A stretch of DNA of 64,000 nt, taken from positions 62,329 to 126,328 of the forward strand of contig CAZCLY010000013.1 of NCBI GenBank assembly GCA_964499635.1, written 5' to 3'. Positions 61,353-64,000 of this stretch are shown piece after piece. The stretch comes from an uncultured Gemmatimonadota bacterium (GTDB taxonomy: Bacteria; Gemmatimonadota; Gemmatimonadetes; Palauibacterales; Palauibacteraceae). Numbering within the stretch: position 1 is the stretch's first letter; every line of letters starts with the position of its first letter. The position numbers were made by a program, and so were the translations under genes. The notes beneath the pieces are model-generated. The model was not told the origin of the DNA and did no database searches. It saw only the letters and a list, made by a program, of their open reading frames with translations.

Positions 61353-62765
61353 ATGCGCCCCACCGAGCGGTTCTTCGAGCAGGTCAACCGGTACTTCGAC
61401 AAGGCCGCAGCGCTCACCGACCACCCACCGGGTCTCCTCGACCAGATCAAGCAGTGCAACAGCGTGTATCACGTCGCCTTTCCGCTCGAGCGGGACGACG
61501 GCACGATCGAGGTGCTGCATGCGTGGCGCGCGCTGCACAGCAGCCACAAGCTGCCCGCGAAGGGGGGGATCCGCTTCGCCCCCACCGTGTCGGAGGACGA
61601 GGTCACGGCGCTCGCCGCGCTGATGACCTACAAGTGCGCCATCGTGGACGTGCCGTTCGGCGGTGCCAAGGGAGGCGTGCAGTTCGACCGGACGCGGTAT
61701 TCGGAGCACGAGCTCGAACGCATCACGCGGAGGTTCACCTTCGAGCTCATCAAGAAGAACTGCATCGGGCCCGCCGTCGACGTGCCCGCCCCCGACTACG
61801 GCACCGGTCCGAAAGAGATGGCGTGGATCGTCGACACGTATCTGTCGATGCGTCCCGACGAGCTGCACGGGGCGGCGTGCGTGACCGGGAAGCCGCTCGC
61901 CGAGGGAGGGGTCCGCGGCCGGCTGGAGGCGACGGGTAGAGGCGTGTTCTTCGGGGTCCGGGAGGCACTCGACGATCGCGAGGAGATGAAGGCCAGGGGA
62001 CTCGAGCCGGGTCTCGAGGGGAAGCGGATCGTGGTCCAGGGGTTGGGGAACGTAGGCTACTACACGGCCAAGTTCCTGAGCGAGGCGGGGGCCCTGATCG
62101 TCGCCATCGCCGAGCGCGACGTGGCGATCACGAACGAGGGGGGCCTCGATGTGGAGGCGGCTCGGTCGCACCTGGACGAATCGGGCGGCCTGTCGGGGTT
62201 TCCGGGCGCGACGGGGGAGATCGAGGAGTCGGCGCGGGCCCTCGAGCTCGAATGCGACATCCTGGTCCCCGCGGCCCTGGAGGGGCAGATCATGTCGAGC
62301 AACGTGGAGCGCGTACGGGCACCGATCATCGCCGAAGCGGCGAACGGGCCCGTATCCGCGGCCGCCAGCGAGAGCCTCCAGGAGCGCGGCGCGCTGGTCC
62401 TGCCCGATCTGTTCCTCAACGCGGGCGGGGTCACCGCCTCGTACTTCGAGTGGATCAAGAACCTGAGCCACGTGCGGTTCGGGCGCCTGCAGAAGCGCTT
62501 CCAGGAGACCAGCAGCCGTCGATTGCTGGAGGCGGTCGAGGGGGCGACGGGGGAGCGCTTCAGCGACGAGACCCTCGAGCGGATCGCGCACGGAGCGGAC
62601 GAGGAGGACCTCGTGAACTCCGGGCTCGAGGAGACCATGGTGTCCGCGTACCACTCGATCGCCGAAGCGGCCCGCCGGGATGACACCGATCTCAGATCCG
62701 CGGCCTTCCGGATCGCGATCGACAAGGTGGCCGTCATCTACGGGCAGCGCGGGATCTTCCCCTGA
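61353..62765 (+). CDS. gdhA: NAD(P)-dependent glutamate dehydrogenase (Glu/Leu/Phe/Val dehydrogenase family)
   Basis: Catalytic lysine-region motif VPFGGAKGGV. GxGxVG dinucleotide fold QGLGNVGY. 470 aa. The 168 N-terminal codons of the track ORF are not protein-like. Confidence 0.9.
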   Translation: MRPTERFFEQVNRYFDKAAALTDHPPGLLDQIKQCNSVYHVAFPLERDDGTIEVLHAWRALHSSHKLPAKGGIRFAPTVSEDEVTALAALMTYKCAIVDVPFGGAKGGVQFDRTRYSEHELERITRRFTFELIKKNCIGPAVDVPAPDYGTGPKEMAWIVDTYLSMRPDELHGAACVTGKPLAEGGVRGRLEATGRGVFFGVREALDDREEMKARGLEPGLEGKRIVVQGLGNVGYYTAKFLSEAGALIVAIAERDVAITNEGGLDVEAARSHLDESGGLSGFPGATGEIEESARALELECDILVPAALEGQIMSSNVERVRAPIIAEAANGPVSAAASESLQERGALVLPDLFLNAGGVTASYFEWIKNLSHVRFGRLQKRFQETSSRRLLEAVEGATGERFSDETLERIAHGADEEDLVNSGLEETMVSAYHSIAEAARRDDTDLRSAAFRIAIDKVAVIYGQRGIFP

Positions 62766-62888
62766 GCGGTTGGGCCCGGAGTCGCACAAGAACGGAGATC
62801 GGCTCCCGGGTGCGCAGCATGGTGGGTGGGGCCGCCCGTCGGCCCAACCAACGCCGCATGGGTCGGGGACGTCCGGGACCCGCTAGCC

Positions 62889-63509
62889 CTACGCTACCAC
62901 GTGTCCGCCGTCGGCCGCGCCGTCACCTTCCGGTCGCAGGGGGGCGGTCACGACCGCCACGACCCAGACGACGAGGAGCATGCGGAGGTTGGCGAGCACC
63001 CTCGCGTGGATGGCCAGGCCGAGGACCGCCGGTACCGCGCAGAGGAGGGAGAGGGCAACGGACCGGCGCACGGTGACGACGGCCCCCAGCGTCATCAGCG
63101 CGATTGCAAGCAACACCGTCACCTGCTCGGCCGTCGACCACCCCACGAGTCCAGGATCCGGCGCGACCACCGCCATGGCCGCGAACACGGAATACACTCC
63201 CGCCATGCACGAGAAGACCCTTCGCAGCAGGGCGGCGAGACGTGGATGAGCCGTCGAGCCCGAGCTTCGATCCCGACTCGCCATCGTCCGCCGCCAGCCG
63301 ATATCCGCCGCCATGCCGGCCAGGACCCTCCACAGCACGTGAGCCGCGGTCGGGAGCGCCGGCCGATCACGTCCGGCGACACCTTGCTCCCACACGTCCG
63401 ACTCCAGCTCCTCGATCCTGCGACTCCGGACGGCCTCGGACAGCCCCAGCGTGTACAGGCGGACCCACGCCATCACGATTCGTCTCGCGAGGGCCATGGA
63501 CCTCCTCAT
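62889..63509 (-). CDS. PadR-associated membrane protein (HAAS/permease-prefix-like N-terminal helix followed by TM segments)
   Basis: ATG 63509 overlaps the padR stop (ATGA). N-terminal SEAVRSRRIEELESDVWEQ resembles the prefix region of the ADOP proteins at 17388 and 57162. Four hydrophobic segments. Confidence 0.55.
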   Translation of the reverse strand: MRRSMALARRIVMAWVRLYTLGLSEAVRSRRIEELESDVWEQGVAGRDRPALPTAAHVLWRVLAGMAADIGWRRTMASRDRSSGSTAHPRLAALLRRVFSCMAGVYSVFAAMAVVAPDPGLVGWSTAEQVTVLLAIALMTLGAVVTVRRSVALSLLCAVPAVLGLAIHARVLANLRMLLVVWVVAVVTAPLRPEGDGAADGGHVVA

Positions 63510-63868
63510 GTTCCCAGAGCCGGGATCCGGACACGGTCGCTTCGGGTAGCTGCCGCCCGTCCGACTGCGGCCGCGACCTCCCTCCCGCGCGAGCTGAGTC
63601 GATAGAGTCGACGGCGCGGACGGCCCTCCGCCAGCGCCCGGTCGGCTTCCTCCCAACGGCTCGACAGCAGTCCCAGATCCTCGAGCCTCCGCAGAGCCTT
63701 GTAGAGCGTGCCATGCGAGGTGAGGACCCTGGCGCGCGATCCATCGGCCATCGCCGAAGCGAGCGCGAACCCGTGGATCTCGAGAGGATCCGATCCCCCG
63801 CCCGGTCGCGCCATCGCGGCCAGGATGCGCTGCTCGATCGGGAGGAGGTGCCCGGGCCTACGCCGCAT
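63506..63868 (-). CDS. PadR-family transcriptional regulator
   Basis: LLPIEQRILAAMARPGG.SDPLEIHGFALA......RARVLTSHGTLYKALRRLEDLGLLSS.W.E......RRRLYRLSSRGRE. wHTH PadR signature. Confidence 0.8.
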   Translation of the reverse strand: MRRRPGHLLPIEQRILAAMARPGGGSDPLEIHGFALASAMADGSRARVLTSHGTLYKALRRLEDLGLLSSRWEEADRALAEGRPRRRLYRLSSRGREVAAAVGRAAATRSDRVRIPALGT

Positions 63869-64000
63869 GCGTACGAATCCGCTCAGAAGAACGGCGGCAG
63901 CGGTCGTGTCAACAGGACGCGACTGGAGTCGCTGTCCAGGGACCGAACGCGCACGGAAACGCTCGCCTCATCGGTCGCGACGAATGCCAACAGGGTACCG

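Noticed and set aside
62766-62888. possible terminator between convergent gdhA and the PadR-associated membrane gene
   Set aside because: Only a short 6-bp GC stem (GGGCCG/CGGCCC) without a T-tract. Not convincing as an intrinsic terminator.
1-64000. mobile elements, CRISPR arrays, prophage or defence-system genes
   Set aside because: No transposase, integrase, Cas, restriction-modification or phage structural motifs were recognised in any frame. No regularly spaced direct repeats. The only local repeats are the short ones described in findings.

Overview
This is a gene-dense, high-GC (roughly 70% by eye) bacterial chromosomal segment. All calls come from reading the supplied translations and the raw sequence; no database search was run.

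I found no rRNA, tRNA, CRISPR array, transposase or integrase. The gene content is typical of Gemmatimonadota/Acidobacteriota-like soil bacteria (inference):
- three PadR plus ADOP/FtsX-permease modules and one ADOP gene fragment;
- two eukaryotic-like Ser/Thr kinases with TPR tails;
- an ECF sigma factor with YCII/VOC partners;
- frequent GTG/TTG starts and 4-nt start/stop overlaps.

Layout:
- Left edge: a c-type cytochrome operon; a DUF1111-like di-haem gene runs off the window.
- 2.5-11.6 kb: two paralogous kinase-TPR genes flank an AAA ATPase with a palindromic operator, and a secreted ankyrin/beta-lactamase-family fusion.
- 11.8-20.4 kb: nfo, two ADOP permeases, a TonB-like protein and a decayed pseudogene region.
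- 20.7-27 kb: a TPR protein and an S9 peptidase plus ABC-2 exporter operon.
- 27-33 kb: a flavoenzyme/OsmC redox island carrying an ADOP gene fragment.
- 33-37.5 kb: an MsbA-like ABC exporter and a third ADOP.
- 38.7-53.5 kb: the most notable region. An 11-gene co-directional, translationally coupled amino-sugar tailoring and glycosyl-transfer cluster: WecB, a flippase-like protein, a DegT-like protein, a SAM methyltransferase, a FemAB-like protein, a NodB-type deacetylase, a fused MDR + Gfo/Idh/MocA oxidoreductase, an unknown 547-aa protein, AsnB, GT39 and GT2. It reads as an expanded Arn-type polyprenyl-phosphate sugar modification system.
- 53.5-56.2 kb: an ECF sigma, YCII, VOC, YCII operon.
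- 56.8-59.9 kb: a PadR-ADOP module flanked by a short direct repeat.
- Right end: a di-haem cytochrome c lipoprotein, glutamate dehydrogenase, and PadR with a membrane partner.
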